Positions 30,101-43,870 of a DNA stretch of 64,000 nucleotides are shown piece after piece. Positions within the stretch are counted from its first letter, which is position 1, and each line of letters starts with the position of its first letter. The notes under the pieces were generated by a model. That model did no database searches, was not told where the DNA came from, and saw only the letters and a program-made list of their open reading frames with translations. The stretch is from Auanema rhodensis (taxonomy: Eukaryota; Animalia; Nematoda). Location of the stretch: assembly GCA_964057225.1 (NCBI GenBank), contig OZ059898.1:10912001-10976000 (forward strand), in the 5' to 3' direction. The position numbers were made by a program, and so were the translations under genes.

Positions 30101-31309
30101 CTCCTGATCCAAGTGATAGTGTTATCCCAATTACTTTTGAAATTAAGGTACGCACAGTTAGATAATCTTTGAGAACAACACCTCTCATAATCGTTTTCAT
30201 TTCTGGTACCCCAGATCCTAAAAAAATAATTTTGTTTTTCTCAAATATTTCCAAGCTAAATAGATTTCTTTTCAGATACCTATAGCTTGAGGTGATACGT
30301 AATGTACAAATGCTGCTGATGCCAAAATCATTCCAACAACAGAACCTAGAACATATAAAAATTAAAATTAAACATAATCAATAGGTCGTAAAAGCACAAC
30401 CGTATATCATCCATGAATAAATAAATCGAAAATCTATTTTCACGTGATGTTTCACGTGGGTTTTACAAAAAAACCTGAAGACAAACTTCCTTTTAAATTA
30501 TAAATCAATATTTGATAAAAAAATAATGAATAAAAATGTACTTAAATATGCTGTGTATGATGCTATCCAATGAAAATGAGATGGATCATTCCATCCATAA
30601 CATATATCTCGTATACTGAGTTGAACTGTAATAATTAATATAATAATTGATTATAATTTGAAAAAATGTTAATTATGTACTTACCACTATAGGTATATTT
30701 CAAAAATTCATCAACACATGTTGATAATAATCCAATAAAAATACCAAGAATAGCTAAAAACAACCAGTCTGTTAGAACCATTTTTGCTGTTGCTAGCTTT
30801 GGCTCTTTAAAAGTTTTTTTTTATGTAAAATATAAAAATTATTTAAAGGTATATAGTATATATTAATAATATCATAAACAAGTGAATAATATATAATATA
30901 TGCTATATGTTGTATATAAATATATAAATACCTGAGCAATTTCTTATCCGAGAGAGAATAGTTCGAATAAGTGGTGGTGGTTCTTTCTCATCAGAGAAAT
31001 ACATAGAGAGATTATCATGATCTTCGAATCGGACGGTTTTCTGTTGTCCTTCCTCAATACGACTTTGAGCTGAAGCTTTTCGGTAATTCGCGATTCTCTG
31101 TGAGAAATAATTGTGTTTTGTATTCTTTTAATGATTAAGATTATGAGAAAAATTGACTTACTATTGTTTCTTCATAGCTGTATTCTTGTTCCAACTTTTT
31201 TAATTCTTTTTTCAGTTCGCCATCCATTGAGTGCTCTCGTGTTATAGAGAGAAGAGGAGTTGTCGGATCACCGACGTTTCGTTCGTTAGTATAAAATGAA
31301 ATCTTATCT
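24185..31309 (-). CDS. clh-4: ClC-2-type voltage-gated chloride channel with C-terminal CBS domains (multi-exon; clh-1..4 group, tentatively clh-4); 5' end uncertain
   Basis: Spliced translation gives [21 protein letters not shown]|[16 protein letters not shown]|[60 protein letters not shown] and CBS-like [21 protein letters not shown]. Putative last exon ends ...[17 protein letters not shown] at 24185. The symbol is from recollection and needs a reciprocal BLAST. Confidence 0.9.
29099..29648 (+). CDS. Small secreted cysteine-rich protein (signal peptide + Kunitz-like + WR1/lustrin-like module), 3 exons, nested antisense in a ClC intron
   Basis: TTTCAG immediately before the ATG (possible trans-splice acceptor). 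Hydrophobic leader [25 protein letters not shown]. Exon 2 [18 protein letters not shown]...[12 protein letters not shown]; exon 3 TCPLMY...[25 protein letters not shown]...KR*. Confidence 0.75.
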
Positions 31310-32460
31310 CTATAATAATAATAATATTATAGAGAAAGAAAACAAATAAAGAGATGATTTTTAAAAAAAAAACAAGTAGCAAAAAAGGAAAAAAATTGAA
31401 TGATAAAGAAGTAAAAAAAGTAATTATCTTGTTTGAATCATCTTACTTGAAAGAGAAAAACTTTTTTTTACAAAAAAAATATATATTTATAGTATAAATC
31501 AATGATACAGTTCAAAAATGGACAATAACTTTAACATTCATGGGAAATGCGACAGGTGTAGCCGGAAACACAAGAATAACTAGGAATGTATTTGGATGAC
31601 ATGATGACATGTTGCAATTACTCAATTCATTCATGTTTTGGATGCTAAACCAATTAAGTTTTAAATACTTCCAAAAAAAAAAAGAATAAATGAAGTTTAA
31701 TAATTATTTTTTATCACATTAACGGTAAACAATGAGGTAAAAATACAATATGGAACTGCTAGACACACCCACAAGTGAGTGGCCTATGTTTCGTAGTACA
31801 TTTGTGCTTCTTCAACCTTATTTTCATCAAATCTATCTAGTTTTTCGTCTTTTCGGCGTCCTAAATTCATACATACATGTAACTGTTCTCTCTATCAGTT
31901 ATTCATATTTCAACCGTTTTTAGAATAATTTTTGCAAAAAATTGATAAACTAGCCTTCTTATTTGCATTATTATGTGCATCATCTACCTGATGACGTATA
32001 CGGTTTTTGTTCTTACCTCATACAATTTTAAAACAGAAAATAGACAGCTAGTAGAATATTCTTATTATTTGAAAAAAAAACTTAAAAGAGTTCAATCTTC
32101 TCGACGTATAACTCTTAACCGTTCTTTATTGGTGTCTGTCAAAGATTCACCACATATTACTCATCAATTCTTCTTCAATTTTCTATAAGTTCTATACAAG
32201 AACTTGAACATTATTTCAATATTAATTTCAAGAAATTCATTGAATATAACATATTTTTGAAAATTCTTTCTAATGTTTTTCATTTCTCTCATATAATATC
32301 CCAGAATAATTTCAAATTGTTTCTTTTATATGTATATATATATAAACATATATACTATTCTTATATTTTACTTTGTTTTTTTTATGATTATCATAATGTA
32401 TTAAAAACAATTTTTTTTTGAAAACTTCATTATAGATCATAATATTTAATAATTTTAGTT

Positions 32461-35400
32461 TTATAAGTACATAGGATCATCAAAAGCACTTATACTCAAT
32501 CGAATTTTAGCATCTCGTAATGTATCCGATTTCAGTTCAATTTCAAGATCTCTGAAATATATTATTAAAAAATGATTTTTTTAATTTATGTTCAAACCTA
32601 TTATCATTATCGATTTGAACTGGAAAAGTGATACTACCAAGTAACCTGTCTTTCGCCATCAAACGATCTTCATAAACTTCTACTGTGAATATATCGCATG
32701 TTTTAGTGCTGAAAAAATATTTTTTTATACAAATTAAGATATAATGATTATTATATTTTTTCAAAATTTACATATAGTTTCCTTAACTTAACTAACCTGT
32801 GGAAAACAAATTGATCATCAAACTTCGGTCGCGATGTTTGCTTTATCGTAACCGTTCGAACATTGCTCTTTTTATTTTTTAATATGCAATATGTATTCAA
32901 TTCTGAAAAAAGCCATATATATACTCACATATATGCTTATAATGTAATAATAATTAGATTTACCTTGATTTGTATTCAGTAGTACCTCTTGAATAGTAAT
33001 TCTAATAACTGAAGTGGCACTTTTGCAGCTACATAAGCCATAGGTAGGAGCATGCTTAAAGAAAAAAAAAATTTAAGAGCTTAATTTTTAAAATTAAAAT
33101 TAAATTATGCAATTAATTATCTATTCAAACATTTAATATAGAAATATTCATTAAATAGTTTTGATATTAGAAGCAAGTTTTGATTGAAGTTTCAGCATAT
33201 AAATATAAGTTAATTAACAATACAAATATATACTTTATATATTTGTTATAGTTAAACAAATATCTCAAATTTTTAATTTTTTTACAAAAACTTCTTTGCG
33301 TAAAATTATCGACATTTTATAATTTCGAATTTATCGAATTTGAAAACTATCGAAATCATACAAAAGCTTCTATCGATATTACTATGTTGATAGAATATTA
33401 TCGATTACCATTGCTCAATTATAATGTATATAAATCTCTTGATATGTTCCATATAGTAATCGAAATCCAAAACAAGTTTTATATTCATGAAGAAACAAAA
33501 AGAACGGCGATTTACCTTACTAAGCGGTTTTGCTTTGATGTCGTGGTCGGAATACATTCGTAACATGAAAAGTGCTTGTTCTCGAGGAGCAAACGTTGTA
33601 GGTAAAACAACATAACTGAATATAATAATAGAAAGAATTTAAAACGTGAATCAACTAACCTTCCTATAGATAAATTTCGTAATTGAAGAAAAACTGATCG
33701 AGCATTAGCATAATCAGAAGTTCCAGCTGGAGACATAGGCTGAAAATGTCTGAGTTTACTCATAATTCAAAAGAGTTTTAAGTATTTTCAAACTTAAACA
33801 AAAAATTACCTGATGAAGCCTATGCTTACGATTTGATTCCACATGCATGACATGCATTCCAATACTCACATAAGGATCTCTTCGTTTTTCGCCTTCACTT
33901 TGATCTCGCTGTGTAAGTGCGAACATAATATCTGATTCACTTTCAGAAACATGAAATAAATACTAAAAAAGTAGATTATTTGTTTAACAATATAGTTAAG
34001 CACCTGAGGATTATTACAAAATGTGGCAGGAAATTTCAAACATCCACCAGCTAGATCATCAGGAGCACCGCTTTTAACTCCATTAGTTGTCCATTCATTT
34101 ACGAATATTAGCTCATGATACCTAAAATATTGAAAAGATATAAAAAACAACCATTTCAAAAATAAGAGAACCAACCTTTTCGAAAGTGATAAAAAACTTG
34201 TATTTAATAATTTACATACAGAAATATCAGTAAAATATTGAATAAATGAATCCCATGGCATCCTATAATCATTATAAAAATTAATTAATTATTTAATAAA
34301 TTCATATATTTTTTACCAAAATTCTCCATCTTCATCAACTGTTATTCCAAGTGAATCTTTTTCCTTTTTACTAACCTTCAATAAATTAAAATAAAATTGA
34401 TTATAAATATAAATAAATATATACCTGCTCCCATTCTCGACTATTATCACTCCATGGTCCGTTCCACTCTTTTTCACCCCATGGATTTTGCAAGCGAATA
34501 AGCTGTTGTGAATCATGACTTCCGAATAAATAGTTTCTAAACAAAATGTTTTTGTCAGATTTAAATGAAAATCAAAAAATAAAAATCAACTTACGTAATA
34601 GAATTTGTTGATTTGTTATTCAATTCGACATATCTTATAGCTGTAACAGCATATGCATGTCCCTTTACTAAACCGCAATCCAAAGTTTGTTCAATTTCGT
34701 CCTTGGATTTAGCCTTTAAATGATTTAAACTACAATATATTAAAATAATTCATTTAATATAATAACTTACAGCGATAGCTGCAACAATAAGAGCTTGATC
34801 ATCAAAAGCATCACGTAATTGATTGAACAATAATGGTGACATTGTCTTATAATCCTACAAAAATATAAAAAATTAGAAAGATATTTATATTTAAATTTTA
34901 TATAAACAAGACAATAATAATCTATGTTATAACTTACAGTTTTCAGAAACTTTCCAACGTTAATGGTCTGTGCAACTCCACCGGAAACATCTTGTAAAGC
35001 ATCTGACAGATGACCCCCCACAAGATTTTCATAGCACCCGTATAATCTACAAATAAACAAATATATAGAAAAATAGTATAAATTAAAATGAAAGAGAAAA
35101 GAAGATACTCAAACTAACTTTGCAAATGCTTTTTCAAGCAATGCTGACCAAAATTCATTAGGAGTTTTAGAACGAGCAAAAAGCAGCTTTCCATTCCTTT
35201 AAAATAAAATAAAACTTCCTTAAAGGTTGGAAATAAACACACCTAGTTGGTAACAAATCATCAATAACAACTTCTACCCATTCACCAAATCTCCAGAATC
35301 GAAAGCGGAATATGCCACCATATGGTCGATCATCAGCCCATTCTTGTTCATCTGCATCTGGTATAACCTATACCAGAAATAGTTATATATCATATAAACA

Positions 35401-35837
35401 TATAGTAAACGATATATTAAAACAGATTAAAAAAAAACAAAAATTACCATATCCAACAAATGTTGATTGTGGGTTAAAGCTGAGCATGCAGAAACAAACC
35501 AGCAATTTCCAAGAATTCCTTGAGTTACATCATTAGATGATGCTCCTTCAACGAATAGATGTGGATCATCATGAAGCTCCTAGAAATAATAAGAGCATGC
35601 TGATTTACAATAGATAATATGTTAAAATTAAAGTTGAATTCACAAACAAAAAAAAACAGAAACATTAGAACTCACTTTAGGTCTTTTCCATTCAATATCA
35701 GAGCTTCTACCTTGTTCCAAAAATAAACTTGAATTAGTTGGTGGAAATGTTGTATCTACGAAAAATTGCTTTGATTTTATACAATTTTGGCGAATTTTTT
35801 CGTAGTTCTGGTCACGAAATCTTCGCTGATTCTTCAT
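32461..35837 (-). CDS. tra-3: Calpain-5 family protease (TRA-3/CLP-5): CysPc + domain III + C-terminal C2
   Basis: Motifs [24 protein letters not shown] (catalytic Cys), [35 protein letters not shown] (His), IRLQNPWG (Asn), [20 protein letters not shown] and a C-terminus ending DDPMYL*. Confidence 0.93.
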
Positions 35838-37470
35838 CAGCGGAAGCGAAAAGAGAATCTATAATTAATATATCTGTATTCATATTTCAGAAAATACAAA
35901 AAAAATCAAAAAATTAAGAGAGACTCAATTTCTAAGAAAAAAAACAAAGAAAAAATTTTTTTTTAAAGAAATAAACAATTCTAAATTGTTGAATTTTGGC
36001 TATTTGAAATAACCCGTTAAACTATATCAATATATAAATATATTTATTTATTTATTTTTATTTTTACTGTCGAATTTTGGAAAATAATTGACGAAATAAT
36101 AAAACAACCTCAACATCTAAAATCAATGAATATAGACTTGAATGAAAAGTTTGTTTCAATGTTTTTATATTTTTATTCTATTCCTTTCATCGTTTTATCT
36201 ATTTTTCTCACAAAAGTTTTCAACAACCTCATCATTACAATGATGAATCATGTAGAAAGATAGATGATTGACGAAAAAACTTGAAAGGTTTCCATTAAAG
36301 TTGTGAAATAGTTTGAAGAAAATAATGAGTAAAAGCAGTAAAAGTCGATAATTTAAAAAATATTTTCATATTATTAGAATTGTACATGAACATAGTAGTT
36401 GACGAACTGTTATCAATAGAAAAACATGGTGAAATTTCAGTGCGATTCAGATAAAATGTTCAAAAAAATTCAATTAAAATCAAAAAAAAAAGCAACAAAT
36501 CATGGCTATAAAACAGTTCCGAGAATATTTGAAAGAATATCAGTAAAGAACAGATGATTTATGAGATAACAAATTGTTTACATGAGTAATACTTAGCACG
36601 GAGATGAGAGAGAATTTAGTTGTTATGGTTAGAAAATCAACTAATTCTATAAATATAACTATATTATAATGAATAAATAAAATCAAAATCTCTATCTAAT
36701 CTTACAATACATACTTTGTTCAGTTAAACAAGAGAAAACTGATGAAAAACGCATGAATGTGTGCGACATATGCGCTAAATCGGGGACATGCAACGTGTGT
36801 GCTGCGTGAAGAACGAGAATAAATGAATCTTTCCAGTCATTTTCAAGGCGTTTAACATCGCTAACAATCAACTCTTTATCCATCCTTAAGCAATACACAA
36901 AGTTTTTTCAATAAGTATTGAGCTAGATGCTGATATGAGGTGAGAATAAAGGTTAAACATAAAAATATTAACAGATAATGTATGACGTTTTCAACTAAAT
37001 TTATGAATGAAAATTAAATCAAAAAATTATATTAATCATTATGATAAAATGAAATTTCAAAATTCAATATAATAAAGATGCCAATTTAATATAAACATAA
37101 GAGCCGGAAAACAATTATATTAAGGTAATGTCTCATAATACATTTGAATTTCTGATAACGAAATAAGAACAGTCAATGCTTTACAGAACCGAGAGAAAAA
37201 AAAGAAAAAAGGCCAGAAAATCAAATTATACATAGCTTAAAGTATAATCTAACCAAAAAAATTAAATACGTTGACCAGCTGTGACAGAACGCAACCTTAC
37301 GTGTGAGCTTCTCGGGTGGTAAAAAAAGTGAGAGAGAGATAGGAAGAGAGAAAGAGAGTATGGAAGAGATTGGTGACATATACGGAAGTACGGCGGCAGA
37401 CAAGGGCAAGTTCCCGTTCATTCCCTTCTTCTTCTCTTTCTATCTTTCAATTTTTCTTACTCTCTATCAC

Positions 37471-37501
<31 letters not shown>

Positions 37502-38838
37502 CCTATTTTAGTTCTTGTTCTCCTCCTTTCACCTGTATCATACCCCTCAAGAATATAATCTTCACGTGTTCTATCTACCTATCTCTGTCTCTTGAATATT
37601 CATATCTTTTCATTCGTCTGCATCTATTTCATCTCTTCTTTTCCTATTCTCCTTTTTCCAAACCTTTCTTGCTCTCAATTCAATCGTCGCTGGGGATGAT
37701 TGCTAGTTGCAGAGACAAGAAATGATTCTAATACTGTCTGATAGGCCGCGACGCGCAACGCTCCGCATCATTCTACTACAACCAGAATATCAAGACGATA
37801 TTCATGACATTACATCATCATATGCACTTGTATTTAAAATTAATACTAAATTTCAGAATTATCAAGTAAACAATCTGAATTGAAACAGTTGAAATGCAAT
37901 ATTCATTCATCAATAAGAATAATTATTATATATTTCTCTTAGAAAATAATCAAAATCAAAAACTACAAGTTGATGACCATCAGAAAGAAGGATTAAGATA
38001 ACCTAGGTGACGACATAAAAATGAACTATAAAATTGATTGAGTTCAGTTGAATGTGAATTGAAGTTTGGTTTTTGATTATTTTTTTCTATTTTTTTGGAG
38101 GTAAAAAATGAATTAAAACTAATGATCATATAAAGATTTCAAGGATTTGATTAACCATTTCTATAGTAGGAAAATAGAAATAATATAAGTTAAATTGATA
38201 TGTAAATGAATTGTCTTATAGAAGGAAACAAAATGATTTCTATACTGCTTTTTCAAATATTTACTTTGAATTTACAGGGGAAGCTCTATATTGACTATGA
38301 TCATGTTTAGCTCATGTTTGGTGACACCTTTCAATGTATTCATATCTGTGTTTTATAATATTCTGTGAACTCTAAATAAACAGTTTTAAAGAGAGAGAAA
38401 AGGAGAAAGAGAGAGAGAAGTGGGAGAAGAGGGGTGCATGAGAGAAAGGGGGGGGAGGGGTGCTGAAGAAAAAGAGATGAAAACGAGGAACGTGGAGAGA
38501 AAATGTATAAACTCATGTGATGAGAATGATAGCAAAGCTTTTTTTGATACAATAAATAACTGTTTCTATTGATTATTGATATTTTTTTAAAAAAAAAAAA
38601 ACATCTATATGGTTCTGATGTACTGCAATTTTTCCTGTTTTCAGCTGAAAAAAGCAGCAACATAAGGAAATACAGCATGCTATTGAAACATTCGTATATA
38701 TTTCTAACATGAATTGAACTTTATTTTTTTCTTTAAAAAATAAAAAATGTACATACATGTATACTTTATTTTCATGTATTTATATAAATAGTGTTGTTTA
38801 TTATTTATAATTTATAATCTTTTATTAAGGTTTTTATT

Positions 38839-39373
38839 TTATTTTTGCGAATCGAAGTTCAAGGCTCTGTGAAGATACACATCTGGAACTGGACGAGCTG
38901 TTCTGCCTGTGAGCAATGTCACAGTTGCTTCTCCTTTTTTCTGTTTTTCGAAGTCAATCATTTGTCTCCAGAAACCAAGATTTGGTGAAATAATAGGTCG
39001 TACCTGTAATGTTGTAATTAAAATCAAATACAATTTTATAATTTATTCTTGTAAGATCGACAAATTGTATTGTTTGTCTGTCAAACTGATTTTCTTCAAA
39101 ATATTTGTGAAATACATAAACCGGAAAGAAAAAATCCATTATGTCAATCACATTGCAAAATTTTTGTAAATTGAAAACAATAAATTTAAAATTTTACAAC
39201 TTATTTTCAGATTTTTTTCTGAGATGATCCTTATTCGTCAAATTAGTCATTTGACTTGTACTACTACAATATAATCACGTGAATACCGGTTTTGTTTGAT
39301 GAGATTGATGTTGCTACGAACAAACCTCTTTCTTTTCTTTCAACTAAACTATCTTCCTTTCAAGCTTTCTCCC

Positions 39374-39431
<58 letters not shown>

Positions 39432-40283
39432 TCTTTTTCTATTTCTTGCGCTCTCTCTCCTTTCTTTTTTTGAAAGTGTTAGCAGAATAAATAAGCGACA
39501 AATATAATTAAAACTGAAGTAAGATTAGAATCATAAACTGGGTGAGTAGAAATAACCTTTTTTCAGATTTAAACTCTTAATACATAGCTCAACATAAAGC
39601 AAAAAATATTATATTGATAAATTTATTATATACCTGATTAACCATATAATATGCTTCTTTCAAACTTTTATTTTCGCATTGTAGTAGATACATGAGAACC
39701 AGGGTAGCACTGCGGCTCACACCCGCAGCACAAAATACGATTGTCTTTCCACCCTATAATTTTCATTTGAAATAAAAAAAATCATTTACTTAGAAAAAAA
39801 GTTGAAAAATAACTGAAATTCTATATATTTTGAAGAAAATTGATTATTGATTTTTCATTCATAAATATATTTAAATGTTTGAGCTGATACTAAGTGGCGT
39901 AGTATTACCTGATTTTTAGCTTTCGTAATAAACTCAGCGACAGATTCAAAGTGAGGAGATATTTTTGAAATTACGTCATCGTTCACGTTAACTTTCATAT
40001 ATTCAATTCCATTAATTTCTTTGTTAGAAAGATTAGTAGCGTCAATAGCATGTGATATGCCATATTGACGAAGCTAAACAGTAATTGTAAAAATTTTAAA
40101 TATTTGAAATCAAACTAATCTGTAATTTTTAAAATAATACTGAATAAATAATTGAATTATACTAATTAATATATTTTTTAATACCTTCGATTCGGTTATA
40201 CATCCGTAACCAGCAAGATAAAGATGTGGTAAAACTTCACTGATAGAAAAAAGAATTTTATCTTTTGGATTATCTATTTTCAT
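38839..40283 (-). CDS. Atypical dual-specificity phosphatase (DUSP14/18/21-like), 4 exons
   Basis: MKIDNPKDKILFSISEVLPHLYLAG | ...VNDD...ISPHFESVAEFI | GGKTIVFCAAGVSRSATLVLMYL | VRPIISPNLGFWRQMIDFE; the CX5R active site is intact. Confidence 0.9.
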
Positions 40284-40892
40284 ATTTTGATACTAAAAAA
40301 GATTTTTTTAATTTATAAAATAAGAAACAGTTGAGGAAACAGTAATAAAATAATGAAAGTTTTGTTTTTCAAGGGAGGAGGTACACGTTGATGCAGCTGA
40401 TCAACGGAAAACAATGAGCTGTCGCGGTTTGAAGAGTCAACGAAAGAACAAAGTCGGCTCTCTCAAGAATCATTAGATAAGAGTACAAGTAAAACTTCAA
40501 TGAATTGTCTTTAATATTTAAGAATATGTTTACATTTATTAGAAAAATAAACCTATTTTCAATATAAAATAAGAATATAGTTTAGAAGATTTTCAGAAGT
40601 TATGTGCCACAAACATTTTCAAGTAACAGCTGCCGAAGAAGCTCAAATTGATTGAGATACTAGCATGTTTCACAAACGAACACGTGCACAACATTAAAGT
40701 TTACAACGTATTAAACATTCATATATTATTATTATTTTAATGAATTAATTAAGAAAAACATCTTAAAATTAAAAAAATAATAAACAAATATTCGAAGATA
40801 CTCTGAATATTATTGAGTTTATTAAAAGTTATACTGTCAATAAGCAAATGCCAATACACTTTTTGTGTACTTTTGCATCAATGCCGTTGTAA
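40226..40892 (+). repeat. 667-bp direct repeat, copy 1 (phosphatase exon-1 start + proximal promoter)
   Basis: Matches 49283-49949 from GTGGTAAAACTTC to GCCGTTGTAA; no differences seen by eye. Confidence 0.95.
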
Positions 40893-41287
40893 TAGTCACT
40901 TGTACCATTGGTTCAACTGTTCTCTCTCTCTCCGTTCTTTTCCCTCTATTTCTTGTTTTCTCCCTGGTTGTTTTCCTCTGTTTGTATCTTTCTCTGCTGT
41001 TGTATAATTCATCTTCAGTAATGCTTATTGTTATTATTGAAATGATATGAATTCTATGATTTATTTGAATCAAGATGGTTTTAAACTTCGGCGTGCTTTA
41101 TGAATGGGGTAGGAAGAACTGAAGAATGGTCTATCATATCAGAAAATATTTAGTATTGTCTAGTGATGATAGATGCTTAACCGTAGACTTATCAATTGCT
41201 TAGAGTTTTAGAAGACTCAGGGTACTTTTTCAAAAAATTAAATACAATTTTTGTTAATTTTTTTCTAACTTAATTAACTGAGTTCAA

Positions 41288-41680
41288 CGCCGAGGAAGAA
41301 CCGAGGACGAACCGAAAAGGAGCCGAGGAAGAACAGAGGACGAACCAAGGAGGAGCCGAGGACGAACCGAGGAGGAGTCGAGATGAAACCGAGGACGTAA
41401 AAAGCAGGAGCCAAGGATGAGTCGAGAACGAACCAAAACGGAGTCGAAGAGTCGAGAAGGAACCGATAAGGAGTCGAGGAGGAGTGGAGGAAGAACCGAA
41501 GAGTCGAGATGAAACCGAGCACGAACCGAGCAATAGTTGAAACAGCCATAGAGGATCTCAGGAGGAACAGAGGAGGAGCCGAGAAAGAGTCGAAGAGCCG
41601 AGGATGATCCATTGCCCAGAAAATCAATGGTGCCACGCTACCAAGTTCTGTTAATTTTAAGATTACAAATAGAATATAAT
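41288..41680. repeat. ~10-bp GAACCGAGGA/GAGTCGAAGA-type satellite block (purine strand on +) plus an inverted copy of 42500-42640
   Basis: Repeated CCGAGGA/GTCGA units. GAGGATGATCCATTGCCCAGAAAATCAATGGTGCCACG is the reverse complement of ~42535-42572. Confidence 0.85.
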
Positions 41681-42569
41681 TTGAAATTCTTAGCAAAACT
41701 CAGGAATACGTGGAGAAAGAAGGGTTTTGTCCAGCAGATCAGGTTGTATGACTTATTTAAAGAATTATTTGAATTAAGATGGTTTTAAACATATAAAGGA
41801 AACTTTTTATTTAATTTATAACATTTTTGTATTTATTATATTAAAATAATATGATTTTCTGTTAATTAGAATAATATGTATACTAATTTGAATATGTCGA
41901 TTTCTATTCAAATAAGAATAAATCAACTTGAAATAAATAAAAAAAATAAAAAATTATTAAATAATCTTTATTATATTAAAATATTTTATAATTTTAAACA
42001 ATATAATACATTAAAATATAAATTAAAACTTTTCTTTTATAAAATTTTATTCATTTCTTGTAATTTCCAAATCATGAACAGCCGATTTTTGTTTTTGAAA
42101 TTTTTAAAATTTCACGTAAACGTGGTTTACGTCGTCTGAGCGTCAAGGGGTATATAAGCAAATTGTTTTCAGTTGACAGTCATTCGTCCGACTGTAGCCG
42201 TCCGAATAGGTCGACAGCTCCTGGGCTTTTCAGACTCTGAAGTCTTTTGCCAGCTCTGAAGTACTGCGTGGAAAACAAAAGGTAATTTCTTATTTAGCTA
42301 AAACATTTGATATATAAGCTTGTTCAATCTTTTTGTAATCTTGAAATTTACAGAACTTGGAAATGTCTAACACGCAACGCGTCTTCAGCTCTTTTCCGCC
42401 ACGGATTGCGTGGACCATGGACTTTCCGAACTACGGATATCCAAAGTCCCTTCTCTCTCCATGCATTCCTGAATTTTGGTAAGAATTTGAAATCACAATC
42501 TATTTTTAATCTTGAAATTAACAGAACTTGGTAACGTGGCACCATTGATTTTCTGGGCAATGGATCATC

Positions 42570-43380
42570 CTCGGCTCTTCGATTCTTTCTCGGCTGTTCC
42601 TCCTGGGATCTTCTATGGCTGTTTCAAGTCCTGCTCGGTTCCGTCTCGACTCCTCCTCGGTTCTTCCTAAACACCTCCTCGGTTCTTCCTAAACACCTCC
42701 TCGATTCTTCGGTTCGTCCTCGGTTTTTTCTCAGCTCCATCTCGACTGCTCCTCGGTTCTTCTTGGTCTCTTCGACTCCTCATCGGTTCCTCCTCGGCTG
42801 TTCGACTCCTCTTCGACTTCTCCTTGGATCGTTCTCGATCCTTACTCGGTTCCTCGGTTCCTTCACGACTCTTCTGTTCTTCTTCTGTTCCTCTTCGGTT
42901 CTTCCTCAGCTCCTCCTTCTCGACTCCTTCTCGGTTCCTCTTCGACTCTTCGACTCCTTTTCGACTCCTCTTCGGTTCGTTCTCTGTTCTTCAGTTCCTT
43001 TACGAATCCTCGGTTCCTCCTCGGTTCCTCCTCGGTTCCTCCTCGGTTCCTTTTCAACTCTTCGGTTCGTTCTGTGTTCCTCCTCAGTTCCTTTGCGACT
43101 CTTCCACTCCTCGGTTCTTCCTCGGTTCTTCTTTACCTCCTCCTCGACTCCTTCTCGGTTCCTTCACGACTCTTCGGTTTGTTCTCGGTTCTTCCTCGGC
43201 TGCTCAGTTTCTTTTCGACTCTTCGACTCCTCCTCGGTTCCTCTTCGGTTCTTCCTCACCTCCTCCTCGACTCCTTCTCGACTCTTCGACTCCTCTTCGA
43301 CTCTTAGGTTTGTTCTCGGTTCTTCCTCGGCTTCTCGACTCTTCGGTTCGTTCTCGGTTCCTCCTCGGTTCGTCCTCGGT
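42570..43380. repeat. ~10-bp TCCTCGGTTC-type satellite; left inverted arm
   Basis: Tandem degenerate TCCTCGGTTC/TCTTCGACTC units, reverse-complementary to 47952-48491. Confidence 0.9.
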
Positions 43381-43870
43381 AGTAGTATATAAAAGGTTGA
43401 CGCTGGACGGTCATTTTGCCCAAATGATTTTTTTTTGCACTTTTTGAATATTTTAATGCTTATTTTTATGAAAAAAGTGTCTAAGCTCATCAAAAATCAG
43501 TCATTTTTGAAAAAAGTCACTTTTTGGGCTCGACGTAGAAGTGACCATTTTGCCCACTTTCAAATTTTCACTTATATTTATTGTTTTTATTGCTATTAAA
43601 TGAGCTTTTCCCAAAATCTTAAACCTCATACAAATTATGATCTCATTGAATTAGTAGACACATTATAGATCAAGAATTTCCGACACATTTTTTACGTGCA
43701 CCGTGGACTCAAACTACTACTGTAGTTTAATTCTATTTTTGTTACCTAAAATTGTAGCCATGGGAGAGGGGAGTAGACAAAAAGATTAACAACAAGTTTT
43801 CGAGCGGTAGCGAAAACAAGGGGGAGACGATATTGGAAGAGAAGTCGCACTCCATCCCTATCTATTCTAT

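Noticed and set aside
33305-33410. Cluster of TATCGA motifs in a tra-3 intron
   Set aside because: Probably a small TE remnant or chance; no termini or TSD could be defined.
37744-37767. GC-rich CGCGACGCG motif upstream of tra-3
   Set aside because: A plausible promoter element, but a single short motif ~1.9 kb from the ATG is insufficient evidence.
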